Positions 35,286 through 43,505 of a stretch of 64,000 nt of DNA are shown here, one piece after another. The translations under genes and the position numbers were made by a program. The notes below the pieces were generated by a model that was given only the letters and a program-made list of their open reading frames with translations, did not search any database and was not told where the DNA came from. The first letter of the stretch is position 1. The number at the start of each line of letters is the position of its first letter. Source of the DNA: Myxococcales bacterium (GTDB lineage: Bacteria; Myxococcota_A; UBA9042; JABWCM01; BTVJ01); the NCBI GenBank assembly GCA_045863395.1, contig BTVJ01000016.1, positions 50,963 through 114,962 of the forward strand, given 5' to 3'.

Positions 35286-38200
35286 ATGAAGACCCGACTG
35301 TTGCTGCTCGCCCTGGTCTTCGCGGCGGGCTGCGCCGACGAGGGCGGGACGCTCCGCGCCAAGCAGATCGACTCGCGCTTCGAGGTGGTGGGCGGGCCCG
35401 TCGCCATGGCGGACGTCGGCGACTTCCTGCTCGAGAACGATCAGATCCGCGTGGCCATCCTCGGGGCGAAGCACTCGCCGGGGCCGGGCGTGTTCGGCGG
35501 CTCCATCGTGGACGCGGACATCCGCCGCAAGGACCAGCGCTTTGCCGAGGGGCGGGGGCGCGACCGCTTCGCCGAGCTGTTCCCCGTCGCCAACCTGCTG
35601 GTGCCGGACCCGACGGCCACCGAGGTGTTCGTCCTGTCCGACGGGAGCGACGGCAAGGAGGCCGCGATTCGGGTCCGGGGCCAGGGGCGCTTCCTCTTCG
35701 AGGCGATCAGCGTCCTCAAGACCTTCAGCGACATCCTGGGCATCCTCTTCAACAACGTGAAGCCCGACGTCACGTTCCAGACGGACTATATCCTGAGGCC
35801 CGGCGACCGCTTCGTGACCATCCGCACGACGCTGGAGCTTCCGGTGAAGGCGGACCTCACCAAGTGCCCCGAGCTCGACTGCCCCGGCAAGACCGACTCC
35901 TGCGCGCACGGCCCGGGCCTCGACGCGGACCTGTGCCCGACGTGCGAGTGCGCCGAGTCCCGCCCCATGCCCAACTACACCGCCCCGATGGGGCTGTTCA
36001 GGGCGATCCTGGGCGACAACCGGGGCTCGGCGGACGCAGAGCTGCGGGGCGGCCTGGCGGCGGGCGACTTCGTGTTCTTCGGCAACCAGAACGACATCTT
36101 CGCCCCGGGCATGGGCTTCGACGAAGAGAAGAAGGTCTTCGACAACATCTTCGAGGGCAAGGACACCTTCGAGGCTCCCATGGAGTTCGAGTTCGTGGCG
36201 GCCTCGGGCGGGGACGTGAGCTACGGCTACTTCACGAAGCCCGAAAAGGACAAGGACCCGTCCAAGGTGCTCGTGCCTCTGTTCACGAGCGCGTCGACCG
36301 CCTTCCTCACCGCCGGCATCAACTGCCTGAACGCGGACACGGACGACGCCGACTGCGACCAGATCCGCGTGTTCACCTACGAGCGCTACTTCGCGGTGGG
36401 CGACGGCGACATCGCCAGCGTGGCCCAGATCGCGTGGAAGCAGCGCGGCACGGACACGGGGCGCGTCCGCGGCCACGTGATCTGGGGCGAGACGGCGCAG
36501 CCCGTGCCCAACGCGCGGGTCTTCGTGTTCACGAACCCCGACCCGAAGAAGGCGTGGACGAGCGTGGACGAGCTGGCCGAGGCGAACATGGCGGTGGGGA
36601 GCGACCCCGGGCTCCTGGTCACCATGGACGCCGACAAGGGGCTCGATCTGGTGGAGGACGGCGACTTTGCGTCGGACGTCCCGGCTGGCGACTGGGTGGT
36701 GGTGGCGACGGACGCGAATGGCACGGTGGTCTCCCTCCCCATCGCGGTCAAGGTGCAGAAGGGCAAGACGGAGGTGGTGATCCCCGCGCTCCCGACACCA
36801 GCGCGCCTGGCCTACCGGGTCATGGACGAGACGGGCGGCCTGACCCCCGCGAAGATCACGCTGCGGTCCCTGGACGCGGACGGGCAGCCCCTGGAGCGGG
36901 ACGGCCTGCGCCGGGTCTACATGGGCGACTCGCGCTACGGCAACGGCATCCGCCACACGATCTCGACGACGACGGGCATCGGGGAGGCCCTGGTGGAGCC
37001 CGGCCGCTACGAGGTGATGGCCTCGCGGGGCTTCGACCGGGCGATCCACCGCGTCGAGGACGTGACCTTGAAGAGCGGGCAGCTCTTCCGTTTCGACGCG
37101 AGCATCCCGAAGGAGGTTGACACCAACGGCTGGCGCGGTGGCGACTTCCACCTTCACGCGCTGCCGAGCTTCGACAGCGGCATGCCGCTCGACATGCGCG
37201 TGACGACGGCGGTGGTCGAGGGCCTCGACATGGCCGTGGCCACGGACCACGACGTGCTGACGGACTACAAGCCGGCGCTGCGGGAGCTGATGCTGGAGTC
37301 CTACCTGGGCACCGCCATCGGCGCCGAGGTGTCCACCCTGGAGCTGGGGCACTTCATCGGGTTCCCCTTGGAGTACGACGAGCTCAAGATCCCGGACCAC
37401 GGCAACCCGGACTGGACCTGCCGCTCCGGCGGCGAGATCATGGACTCGCTGCGGGCGGTGGCGGCGCCGGGATCGGACCCGGTGGTCATCGTGGCCCACC
37501 CGCGGGATGGCACCATCGGCTACCTGGACCAGTTCGGCGTCAACCCCTACACCATGAACCGGGACACCCCGCTGGTGGAGGAGAACAACGTCCTGATGCG
37601 CACCATGGAGTGCAATTGGGATGCGATGGAGGTCTTCAACTCCAAGCGCTTCGACCTGGTGCGGACGCCGAGCATCGAGGAGGTCACGGACTTCAACCGC
37701 TGCCTGGCGCGCATCGACGCCTCCGAAGACGAGGCCGCCCTGGACGCGGCGTGCCCCGAGCTGTCCGACAAGCGCCTCGCCGAGTGCAAGCCCGGGGAGC
37801 GCTTCGCGGTCTGCCGCCACCGGAACCGCACGGAGCTGGCGTGGGCCATCTCCAAGCGGATCCTGACCCGGACGCCAGAGGAGCAGGAGTTGGTCTGGGG
37901 CTTCGACATGACCGTGGACGCGGCCGAGAAGCTCTGCGACCCGAAGGGGCTCGGTGACAAGCCGCTGCCCGACGAGCGGAAGCACCTGCCGTGCGTGCAG
38001 CACGTGGGGCAGATAGACGAGCTGTTTCGGTTCTTCGAGTACGGGCTGACCCCCACGCTGGTCGGCGGCTCGGACAGCCACAGCTTCCAGCGGGAGCCCG
38101 GCACCCCGCGCACCTGGTTCCGCAGCGACGCGGGGTCTCCGCACACCATCGACGCGGACGAGACCGCGGCCACCCTGAAGAAGGCCAACGCCTTCGCCAC

Positions 38201-38879
38201 CTACGGGCCGTTCATCCGCATGTCGGTGGACGGCAAGACCTTCGGGGAGGTGGCGTCCGCCAAGGCCGGGGGGACGAAGAAGGTGCAGCTCCGGGTGGAG
38301 ACCGCGAGCTGGTTCGGCGTGGAGCGGGCCGAGGTCTACGTCAGCGGCAAGCTCGTGAAGGTCATCGAGAAGGACGTGGACCCGGAGCGCATCGTGGACA
38401 TCGACGAGACCGTGGACATCGAGCTGCCCGACCACGACTCGTGGGTCGCGGTCGTGACCATGGGCCTCGACGAGAAGCACCTCATGCGGCCGACCATCCT
38501 GGACGTGCCCTTCGGCGAGCTCCAGCTCCCGCGCGTGGCGGCGCTGGCCTTCCAGAACCTGGAGTTCTTCGCGGGCATCTTCCCGCCGAGCCCCCCGGTC
38601 CCCGACTGGTTCCCCGTGCCGGCGTTCGCCATCACCAACCCCATCTGGCTCGACACGGACGGCGACGGCAAGTACACGGCGCCCAAGGGCGACGCCCCCT
38701 TCTGCAGCAAGCCGTGCGTCCCCGTCGCGGAGGGCGCGGAGCCCACGGAGGAGCAGAAGACCCAGTGCCCCGAGGGCCAGGTCTGCCTCGCCGTGGAGAA
38801 GGTGTGCGGCATGGACATCCAGACCATGTGCGAGATGAAGGACTTCCGGCCCGTGGGCATGACGGACGGGAAGCTGTAG
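35286..38879 (+). CDS. Large lipoprotein PHP-domain metallohydrolase (CehA/McbA-like family)
   Basis: Lipobox AAGC; 'GDFLLEND.IR' N-terminal domain; PHP motifs 'GDFHLH..PSFDS', 'ATDHD', 'GHF', 'AHPR', 'GGSDSH', 'TYGP', 'AITNPIW.D.DGDG'. Confidence 0.82.
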   Translation: MKTRLLLLALVFAAGCADEGGTLRAKQIDSRFEVVGGPVAMADVGDFLLENDQIRVAILGAKHSPGPGVFGGSIVDADIRRKDQRFAEGRGRDRFAELFPVANLLVPDPTATEVFVLSDGSDGKEAAIRVRGQGRFLFEAISVLKTFSDILGILFNNVKPDVTFQTDYILRPGDRFVTIRTTLELPVKADLTKCPELDCPGKTDSCAHGPGLDADLCPTCECAESRPMPNYTAPMGLFRAILGDNRGSADAELRGGLAAGDFVFFGNQNDIFAPGMGFDEEKKVFDNIFEGKDTFEAPMEFEFVAASGGDVSYGYFTKPEKDKDPSKVLVPLFTSASTAFLTAGINCLNADTDDADCDQIRVFTYERYFAVGDGDIASVAQIAWKQRGTDTGRVRGHVIWGETAQPVPNARVFVFTNPDPKKAWTSVDELAEANMAVGSDPGLLVTMDADKGLDLVEDGDFASDVPAGDWVVVATDANGTVVSLPIAVKVQKGKTEVVIPALPTPARLAYRVMDETGGLTPAKITLRSLDADGQPLERDGLRRVYMGDSRYGNGIRHTISTTTGIGEALVEPGRYEVMASRGFDRAIHRVEDVTLKSGQLFRFDASIPKEVDTNGWRGGDFHLHALPSFDSGMPLDMRVTTAVVEGLDMAVATDHDVLTDYKPALRELMLESYLGTAIGAEVSTLELGHFIGFPLEYDELKIPDHGNPDWTCRSGGEIMDSLRAVAAPGSDPVVIVAHPRDGTIGYLDQFGVNPYTMNRDTPLVEENNVLMRTMECNWDAMEVFNSKRFDLVRTPSIEEVTDFNRCLARIDASEDEAALDAACPELSDKRLAECKPGERFAVCRHRNRTELAWAISKRILTRTPEEQELVWGFDMTVDAAEKLCDPKGLGDKPLPDERKHLPCVQHVGQIDELFRFFEYGLTPTLVGGSDSHSFQREPGTPRTWFRSDAGSPHTIDADETAATLKKANAFATYGPFIRMSVDGKTFGEVASAKAGGTKKVQLRVETASWFGVERAEVYVSGKLVKVIEKDVDPERIVDIDETVDIELPDHDSWVAVVTMGLDEKHLMRPTILDVPFGELQLPRVAALAFQNLEFFAGIFPPSPPVPDWFPVPAFAITNPIWLDTDGDGKYTAPKGDAPFCSKPCVPVAEGAEPTEEQKTQCPEGQVCLAVEKVCGMDIQTMCEMKDFRPVGMTDGKL

Positions 38880-38904
38880 GGGGCTATCGAGAGGAGGCGG
38901 CACA

Positions 38905-40389
38905 ATGGAACGATGGCTCATCGTGCTGCTGCTCGTCTCGTGCAAGGGGTCCTCGCCGCCCGATCCTGCGAGCCCCACCCGGGGAACAGCGCAGTCCCCG
39001 TCTACGGCGACTCCCGAGGGGGCAGCCGGAGGCTCCGAGCCCCGGGAGGCCGCGCAGGTCACTCCCGGGCCCGAGGCCCTCGTGAGTGAGGCGGAGCTCA
39101 CCCCACTCCAGGCCGCGCTGAACGCCTTCGTCACCGAGAGTCAGGCCCGTCGCTGCTCCGTGCCCCCGTTGCGCGGAGAGGCGCGCCCTGGGAGGGCGGA
39201 CGCGGCCATCGAGGCGATCCTGCGACCGAGCACGCCTGAGCTGGTGGCGTGCGCCGAGGCCGCGGAGAGGCACCGGGACGCGCTCGCGAAGCAGGCGGAC
39301 GGGGAGCCCGATCCGGAGGTCCTGGAGGTGGTCGAGGCGTGCGACGCCCTCGACGACGCGGTCCACGCGGCCGCGGCCCACGAGGACGCCTGCTCTCCCT
39401 ATCTCGCTGGACGCCGCGGGCTCCCGAAGATCCTGCGGGCCCTGGCGCTTGGGCGCGCCGTCGCGGCGCGGGCCCAGACCCATGCCCGCGCTGGGAGGCA
39501 AGAGGAGGCGCTCTCCCTGGCGCTGGACTGGCTCCGGGTTACGCAGCACCTCTCGCGGGGCCCCGGGGCACCGCTGCTCGCCGCCATGGCGGGGAACGCC
39601 GCCGTGGACACGATGATCCAGGGCGTGGTGGCGCCGCTGCTCGGGCCTGGGGCCTCGGCGACGCTTGCAGAGCGGGCGGAGCGGGAGCTCGCGCTGCTCC
39701 TCGACGGGGAGCCGCGCTTCGCGGACCTGCTGGCCTACGAGCGCTACGCCCTCCCTCTGCAGACGGTCCTGCCGGGCCTGCGCGGCCGGGGCTGGGAGCC
39801 TCCCGGCGGCTTTGACGAGGGAGGGCGACCCATGGAGGGCGGCACCCTTGGGGCCGAGTTTCCAGGCGTCGGCGAGCGCGAGGCCCTCATGCTTGCCTGG
39901 ATTGCCATAGACCGAAACGGGGAGCGCATGACCGCCGCCTGTCCCCCGGAGGCGACCCTGACGGAGTGTCGCACCGGGCTCGCCCGGCTCCAGGACGCGA
40001 CGCTGGCGAAGCAGCCGAAGGGCCTTGGCTCGCTGCTGGCGGTCGCGGCCGCGGAGGACCAGCGGGCCGCAGTCCGAGACCAGATCCTCACGATCCTCGA
40101 GTCCATCGCCCAGCCGTCCTTCGCGCGGTACGTGGACCACCTCGCCCTGCGCCGCTTCCAGCTCGCCGCAGCCCGCGTGCACGCGGCGGTGGCCGTGAGC
40201 CGCGCCCGCACGGGCACCTGCCCGACCGTCGCGGAGCTGGAGGCGCCCCACTGGGCCGAGCGCCTCCAGGTCCCAGGCGTGGCCGAGGCGATGACGGTGG
40301 AGGCGAGCGACGTGGGCATCGTGCTGACACCGCCCGCCGAGATTGTGGATGGAGCCCGACGGTACGTGGTGACCTGCGCCGGCCGGTGA
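38905..40389 (+). CDS. Helical lipoprotein of unknown function
   Basis: GGAGG RBS, lipobox LVSC, mostly alpha-helical Ala/Leu-rich sequence. Confidence 0.6.
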   Translation: MERWLIVLLLVSCKGSSPPDPASPTRGTAQSPSTATPEGAAGGSEPREAAQVTPGPEALVSEAELTPLQAALNAFVTESQARRCSVPPLRGEARPGRADAAIEAILRPSTPELVACAEAAERHRDALAKQADGEPDPEVLEVVEACDALDDAVHAAAAHEDACSPYLAGRRGLPKILRALALGRAVAARAQTHARAGRQEEALSLALDWLRVTQHLSRGPGAPLLAAMAGNAAVDTMIQGVVAPLLGPGASATLAERAERELALLLDGEPRFADLLAYERYALPLQTVLPGLRGRGWEPPGGFDEGGRPMEGGTLGAEFPGVGEREALMLAWIAIDRNGERMTAACPPEATLTECRTGLARLQDATLAKQPKGLGSLLAVAAAEDQRAAVRDQILTILESIAQPSFARYVDHLALRRFQLAAARVHAAVAVSRARTGTCPTVAELEAPHWAERLQVPGVAEAMTVEASDVGIVLTPPAEIVDGARRYVVTCAGR

Positions 40390-40581
40390 CCACAGGGACC
40401 GCATGGCCAGACCCTCGCTCCTCGATCCAGCCGAGCCGACGACCGCCCCGCCAGCGTGGCATCAGCCTCCACGGCCGCGCCCCATCGTGAGGTCGAGGCA
40501 GGATCCTGCGACGCAGCCGGGCTCGCAACGAGGTGCTCGTCCCGCTATCATCCACGGCTCACCCTGAACCGGAGGTCACCC

Positions 40582-41373
40582 TTGAGAGCTACGACGCCCA
40601 ACGCACGCACCCAGCAGACTCCCCCCGCAGCGTCTCCGGGTGGGCCCGACCGGCTCCCCGGCCGCTCCCCATCGCTCGCCTCAGCCGCGCGGTGGAGCCT
40701 CCCGCTCGCCGCACTCCTGGCGCTGGCGCCAGCCGCCCACGCCGACGTCCCCTCCCCCGCCGGCTTCAGCATCGACGAGTCCGGCTGCGCCAGCGGCGGG
40801 CCGACGACCTCGTTCTTCGCCGACGGATCGGTGGTCAAGGAGGACTGCGGCGACGACTGCCCCAACATCCTGGAGGGGACCTGGAAGCTGAGCGGAACGA
40901 CCATTACGATCCAGTACACCCGCGCCTTCTACGGAAAGGGCGACAAGCCAGCTCCCGGCCCGACCCCCGCCCGGACCATCTACGAGAACTACGCCGGAGT
41001 GAGCAAGCCGGTGGCCACGACCGAGACCATCGAGTGGTCGGGCACGGACGCGGGCGAAGGGTGCGAGGCCATCGTGCGGCACAAGGCGACGCCGGGCGCG
41101 CGGGCGGCCCTCAAGGGCTCCTTCGTGGCGTCGTGGCCGGAGCTCTCTGCACGCGAGCTGACCCGCGAGGAGCTGGCCGGGCGCTCGAAGAAGGAGCTGG
41201 CGCTCATGCGCAACGAGATCTTCGCGAGCTACGGCTACATCTTCAAGAAGGCGGAGTACAAGCGCCACTTCGGCGCCGTAAAGGGCTACCAGGCGCGCTT
41301 CACCGACGTCGGCCAGTTCTTGAGCCCCATCGAGCACAAGAACGTGGCGCTGATCAAGGAGCTGGAGAAGTGA
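40582..41373 (+). CDS. Secreted YARHG-domain protein
   Basis: Signal-peptide-like 'LAALLALAPAAHA'; C-terminal 'L..EL...SK.EL.LMRNEIFASYGYIFK...F...Y...LS.IE..N..LIK..E'. TTG start after GGAGG (start uncertain). Confidence 0.75.
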   Translation: MRATTPNARTQQTPPAASPGGPDRLPGRSPSLASAARWSLPLAALLALAPAAHADVPSPAGFSIDESGCASGGPTTSFFADGSVVKEDCGDDCPNILEGTWKLSGTTITIQYTRAFYGKGDKPAPGPTPARTIYENYAGVSKPVATTETIEWSGTDAGEGCEAIVRHKATPGARAALKGSFVASWPELSARELTREELAGRSKKELALMRNEIFASYGYIFKKAEYKRHFGAVKGYQARFTDVGQFLSPIEHKNVALIKELEK

Positions 41374-41918
41374 GCGGGGACCGGGCGGGCCGCGGGGTGT
41401 GGGCCTCCGTCCTCCGGGGCCTCAACGTGGCGGGGGCCCGCCCGGTGTCCATGGCAGCCCTGCGGGGAGTCTACGAGGGGCTGGGGTTCCGCAACGTCCG
41501 GACCTACGTACAGAGCGGCAACGTCGTCTTTCAGGGGCCGCCCGATGAGCGAGATGCACTGGAGGCGAGGATCCAGGCGGCGCTTGGGGAGACTCTCGGT
41601 CTCCCGGACGTCGACGTCTTCCTGCGGGCACGCGACGAGCTGGAGCGGCTGGTTCGAGCAAACCCGTTCCTCGCCATCGAGTCCGACCCCACGAAGCTCC
41701 ACGCCACCTTCCACGGCCCGCCGACGCGGGAGCCACCGGCACCTGTCTCCGGCCGCGACACCTTCGTTCTCGGCGACGGCGCCGTCTACGTCCACTGCCC
41801 GGATGGCTACGGCCGCACCAAGCTCAACAACGCCTGGTTCGAGCGCGCGCTGGGCACCCGCGCGACGACCCGCAACTGGCGGACGGTCACGGCGCTGCTG
41901 GATCTGGTGGGCGGCTGA
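41370..41918 (+). CDS. DUF1697 family protein
   Basis: 'LRGLNVAG...M..L...GF.NVRTYVQSGNVVF', 'NPF', 'TTRNWRT'; GTGA overlap. Confidence 0.85.
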   Translation: MSGDRAGRGVWASVLRGLNVAGARPVSMAALRGVYEGLGFRNVRTYVQSGNVVFQGPPDERDALEARIQAALGETLGLPDVDVFLRARDELERLVRANPFLAIESDPTKLHATFHGPPTREPPAPVSGRDTFVLGDGAVYVHCPDGYGRTKLNNAWFERALGTRATTRNWRTVTALLDLVGG

Positions 41919-42016
41919 CGGGGGCGGCTCCTGGCCGACGGTGCTCGATGCCGGGCAGCGGGCGTCCGGACACCAGAGTCGCGACATTGCATGATGCGCA
42001 TCGTCGCGCTCCGCGC

Positions 42017-42022
42017 TATCCT
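42017..42022 (+). promoter_or_regulatory. Candidate -10 element for a leaderless glgA transcript
   Basis: TATCCT lies 7 nt before the ATG, and there is no Shine-Dalgarno sequence. Confidence 0.4.
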
Positions 42023-42029
42023 CGCCGCC

Positions 42030-43499
42030 ATGAAGATCCTCTTCGTCTCCTCCGAGGTAGCTCCCTTCGCCAAGGCCGGCGGCCTGGGCGACGTGTCCGC
42101 GGCCCTGCCGCGCCAGCTCGCGGCGCTCGGGCACGACGTGCGCGTCGTGATGCCCCTCTATGCGCGGGTGCGGCAGCCGGGGCGCGCGTTCACCGAGGTC
42201 ATGCCGGACGTCACCTTCACCATGGGGCCCCGGGAGGTGCGCTTCTCGGTGGCGGAGGCGCCGCTGCCGGGCACGCGCGTACCCGTGTACTTCGTGCGGT
42301 GTCCGTCGCTGTTCGACCGCCCCGAGCTGTACGGCTCCGGCGAGGACGAGCACCTGCGCTTCGGGGTCCTGAGCTGGGTGTCGCTGCTGATCTGCCAGCA
42401 CCTGAAGTTCGCCCCCGACATCGCGCACGTCAACGACTGGCAAAGCGCGCTCGTGCCACTCCTGCTGCGCTCCCTGTTCGCGTGGGACCGCCTGTTCGCC
42501 GAGACGCGGTCCGTTCTGACCATCCACAACCTGGGCCACCAGGGCACGTTCGGCGCGCACGCTGCCTACGAGGTCGGCCTGGGCCCCGCGCTGAACCTCG
42601 TCCATGGAGACCACCTCGCCGCGGGCCGCTTCGGCTTCCTCCTGAGCGGGATCCTGCACGCCAACGCCATCACGACGGTCAGCCCGACCTACGCGCGAGA
42701 GATCCAGACCCCGGCCCACGGCGTGGGGCTCGACCCGTTCCTGCGGGCGCGGCGGGACGCGCTGTTCGGGATCCTGAATGGCATCGACGAGGCGGAGTGG
42801 AGCCCCGAGGTGGACCGCTACCTGGAGCACCCCTACTCGGCCTACGACCTGACCAACAAGGAGCTGTGCAAGCGCGACCTGGTGCGGTCCATGGCCCTGC
42901 CCTACCGCCCCGAGGCGCCCGTCCTCGGGCTCGTGACCCGCCTCGTGTGGCAGAAGGGGCTCGACCTCTGCATGGGGGTGCTCCCCCGCGTCCTGCGCAC
43001 CCGCGGCGCCCAGCTCGTGGCGCTCGGCAAGGGCGAGCCCAAGTACGAGTGGTTCTTCCGCTCGCTGATGAAGGTCTTTCCCAAGCAGGTGGCCTTCCAG
43101 GCGGCCTTCAGCGAGGAGCGCGCCCACGCCATCGAGGCGGGCGCGGACCTGTTCCTGATGCCGTCCCGCTACGAGCCCTGCGGCCTGAACCAGATGTACA
43201 GCCTGCGCTACGGCACCCCGCCCGTGGTGCACCGCACCGGCGGCCTGGCTGACTCGGTGCGACCGTTCGTTCCCCCCGACGGCGGCAGCGGCACCGGCTT
43301 CGTGTTCAACGACTTCGACGAGTCTGGGTTCGCCTGGGCCCTGAACACGGCGCTGGACACGTGGATCTCGACCCGGGGCGAGCACCGCGAGCACTGGCGC
43401 GCACTTCAGCGGCGCGGCATGGCAGAGCCCCTCGGCTGGCAGCACCGCATCGGGGAGTATCTGGACGTGTACCGCTTCGTGGCGCCCGGGCGGGAGTGA
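42030..43499 (+). CDS. glgA: Glycogen synthase (GT5)
   Basis: 'SSEVAPFAKAGGLGDV' (KxGG), 'HVNDWQ', 'TIHNLGHQG', 'TTVSPTYAREI', 'GILNGID', 'MPSRYEPCGLNQ', 'TGGLADSV'. Confidence 0.95.
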   Translation: MKILFVSSEVAPFAKAGGLGDVSAALPRQLAALGHDVRVVMPLYARVRQPGRAFTEVMPDVTFTMGPREVRFSVAEAPLPGTRVPVYFVRCPSLFDRPELYGSGEDEHLRFGVLSWVSLLICQHLKFAPDIAHVNDWQSALVPLLLRSLFAWDRLFAETRSVLTIHNLGHQGTFGAHAAYEVGLGPALNLVHGDHLAAGRFGFLLSGILHANAITTVSPTYAREIQTPAHGVGLDPFLRARRDALFGILNGIDEAEWSPEVDRYLEHPYSAYDLTNKELCKRDLVRSMALPYRPEAPVLGLVTRLVWQKGLDLCMGVLPRVLRTRGAQLVALGKGEPKYEWFFRSLMKVFPKQVAFQAAFSEERAHAIEAGADLFLMPSRYEPCGLNQMYSLRYGTPPVVHRTGGLADSVRPFVPPDGGSGTGFVFNDFDESGFAWALNTALDTWISTRGEHREHWRALQRRGMAEPLGWQHRIGEYLDVYRFVAPGRE

Positions 43500-43505
43500 C
43501 TCTCG

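Noticed and set aside
35178..39134. Very long antisense and alternate-frame ORFs (e.g. 35178..39134 -, 55290..60704 -, 18111..21179 +, 44889..47669 +, 62013..63905 -)
   Set aside because: These are shadows of real genes caused by high GC3 and scarce stop codons. The translations are Arg/Ala/Gly/Val-rich with no motifs and fully overlap well-supported CDSs.
40180..40389. Pseudopilin/GspG-like motif ('AVSRARTGTCPTVAEL') at the end of the helical lipoprotein
   Set aside because: The match is too short, there is no prepilin cleavage site, and no secretion-system genes are nearby.
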